Source of the DNA: Lachnospiraceae bacterium
GTDB lineage: Bacteria; Bacillota; Clostridia; Lachnospirales; Lachnospiraceae
NCBI GenBank assembly: GCA_022764465.1
Contig: JALERL010000060.1
Location: 36,645 to 100,644, forward strand
Direction: 5' to 3'
Length of the DNA stretch: 64,000 nucleotides
The translations under genes and the position numbers were made by a program. Below, one piece after another: positions 62,334 to 64,000 of the stretch. A model generated the notes under the pieces. That model had not been told where the DNA came from. It searched no databases and was given only the letters and a program-made list of their open reading frames with translations. Every line of letters starts with the position of its first letter. Position 1 is the first letter of the stretch.

Positions 62334-62506
62334 CAAAATGCACAAAATATGTTCCACAAACATTTGCAACGCTCATCGTAAACTAACTGCCAACTACAAC
62401 CATACAAGTTCAGCAAAGGCTTCACTTGTGGTTTTCGTAAGCAGTGGATTTCACTCGAAGCTAAAACCGCAAATAAAAGTTTGCTTTACATATTTTGTGC
62501 ATTTTG
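62334..62506. repeat. ~175-bp rod-shaped palindromic repeat, copy 2
   Basis: Aligns end to end with 12732-12907; sits inside an outer IR at 62295-62317 / 62522-62544. Confidence 0.85.
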
Positions 62507-62678
62507 CCCCTTCCATTTTTCAAAGTATCTTTTGACACCCGGATATTTATCCGTGAATAAAGTGTGCATTTATGCACACGTCTGTGCCAGATGCGTGTTG
62601 CATGTTTTTTGCAACATCTTCCTTACGCATCTGTGCATATATATGCTCTTTTCACTATGCTGATAATATCTGCATGGT

Positions 62679-62766
62679 GAAAAGAGCAGCCTTCCGGCTG
62701 CTCTCTTCGAGGAGTTTAGTTATGAAAATGTTTATCTATAAAAAGGAAATTGCTAACTCATTTGAT
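62679..62766 (-). ncRNA. Candidate ~88-nt anti-RBS sRNA (csRNA-like architecture)
   Basis: -10 TATACT (62773-62778), upstream direct repeat, UUUUCAUAACUAAACUCCUC core, terminator AGAGCAGCC-GGAA-GGCTGCTCT then TTT. Confidence 0.6.
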
Positions 62767-62874
62767 AAACATAGTATACGGATCAAATGTGTCTAAAGTG
62801 TGTCAATTTTCGAAAAGGATTCTAAACTCTTTCTAAAATTCTGTTTCGAAACAGTTTACACTTTCTTTAGAAAT

Positions 62875-63648
62875 TTATACATGCAGTAAAAACTGGCACA
62901 GACGCAGCTTCTCCGGTGTAAGATCACTGTTTTCAAAACGTACAACGCCTTCCTCTTTCGATGGATTCAACAGATTTCCCTGTGCAAGACGTCTCTTTGT
63001 CTCCCGTGCCGTTCCCGGTCCGCCCTCATACAATGCCACCTGGTCTCCTAAGATCTTCTGGATCATCTCTGCGACAAACGGATAATGTGTACAGCCAAGT
63101 ACCGCCGCATCCACCTTTTCTTCTATATATGGTGCTAACAGCTTTCGCAGGAACTGTTCGATCCCTGTTCCAGTCAGTTCTCCACGCTCAACATATTCCA
63201 CAAGTCCGGGACATGGCTGCGTATAGATCTTCGCACTACCCTCGTATTTTTCCAAAAGCCTTGCAAACTTCTCCTGATGGATCGTCATCGGTGTGCCAAG
63301 CACCAGCACCTTCGGATGCTCTTTGGATAAGACTGCCGGCTTCACTGCCGGTTCAATTCCGATCATCGGGATATGCGGATATCTCGCACGTAAGATGGAA
63401 ATATCTGCACTGGTCGCTGTATTGCAGGCAACCACAATTGCCTTCGCGCCTGCTTCCAGCAAATGTGTGACATGCTGCTCCGTTAATGCCCTTACTTCCT
63501 GTAATCTCTTAGACCCGTAGGGTGCATGCAGCGAATCCCCAAAATATATATAATTTTCGTTCGGCATCAGAGACACCAATGCACGTAATACGCTGATTCC
63601 GCCAACGCCCGAATCAAATACGCCGATTGGTCTTTTGGCATCTTCCAT
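62875..63648 (-). CDS. murI: Glutamate racemase
   Basis: FDSGVGG, PYGSK, ACNTA and LGCTHYP motifs. Confidence 0.96.
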   Translation of the reverse strand: MEDAKRPIGVFDSGVGGISVLRALVSLMPNENYIYFGDSLHAPYGSKRLQEVRALTEQHVTHLLEAGAKAIVVACNTATSADISILRARYPHIPMIGIEPAVKPAVLSKEHPKVLVLGTPMTIHQEKFARLLEKYEGSAKIYTQPCPGLVEYVERGELTGTGIEQFLRKLLAPYIEEKVDAAVLGCTHYPFVAEMIQKILGDQVALYEGGPGTARETKRRLAQGNLLNPSKEEGVVRFENSDLTPEKLRLCQFLLHV

Positions 63649-63739
63649 ATTTCTACCTCATTTCCTCAAAAAAAGAATTATATTGCTATAATTCTTTTCT
63701 CTCTTTCTGGTTCTTATCATTCAATTTACTGCTATCCGC

Positions 63740-63982
63740 TCAACTCTTTTTCAACGGACAGGTGCGGACCCTCTTGTTGTTGCAGTCCTGTACATCACAT
63801 GGCTCACAATCTACCAGTCCTTCAAGATAACAGAACGACTGCTTTTTTTCTTCCTTCTTCTCTGCTGTCTGTGGTGTGTCAGTCTCCTTCGGACACTTCC
63901 GGACTCTTTTCATGTTGCAATCCTGCACACGTCCACCACTGCATGCAACAAGTCCTTTCAAATAACAAAAGTTTTCCCCCAT
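63740..63982 (-). CDS. Small cysteine-rich protein with a duplicated 27-aa unit
   Basis: FCYLKGLVAC...VQDCNMKRVRKCP and FCYLEGLVDC...VQDCNNKRVRTCP; AAGGCGG RBS. Confidence 0.7.
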   Translation of the reverse strand: MGENFCYLKGLVACSGGRVQDCNMKRVRKCPKETDTPQTAEKKEEKKQSFCYLEGLVDCEPCDVQDCNNKRVRTCPLKKS

Positions 63983-64000
63983 ATAAACCGCCTTATCTGT

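Noticed and set aside
62722-62796. 24-aa plus-strand ORF with a perfect RBS (possible type I toxin)
   Set aside because: Not hydrophobic; promoter and U-tailed terminator point to the minus strand. Kept only as an alternative

Overview
64 kb of a low-GC Firmicute chromosome, most consistent with a motile Lachnospiraceae such as Roseburia (inferred from gene content: MCPs, glutamine synthetase III, YesMN-type sugar loci, a Glu15 HPr paralogue). Most genes are on the minus strand. Housekeeping content: secA (partial), glnN-glnB-amt, fba, uvrC-hprK-aminopeptidase-murB-rapZ-whiA-hpr-DAGK, ftsH, pyrG, uppP and murI. There is also a probable beta-1,3/1,6-glucan locus (MCP, GH161-like phosphorylase, GH30, ABC transporter, SBP-HK-RR, sugar-sensor GGDEF), a second RpoD-like sigma factor, and a 1.5 kb island remnant (MNT-HEPN pair plus integrase scrap). 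I found no rRNA, tRNA or CRISPR array. The most interesting signals are non-coding: (1) a 551-bp fold-back element flanked by TA that supplies a stop codon; (2) a family of ~175-bp rod-shaped repeats nested inside other inverted repeats; (3) a ~440-nt promoter-to-terminator unit with four RBS-like repeats and no long ORF; (4) three candidate C-rich/anti-SD sRNAs, one of which is the island's integration site; (5) an ANTAR-like attenuator variant ahead of both glnN and amt. All product calls come from motif recognition by eye; no searches or folding programs were run.
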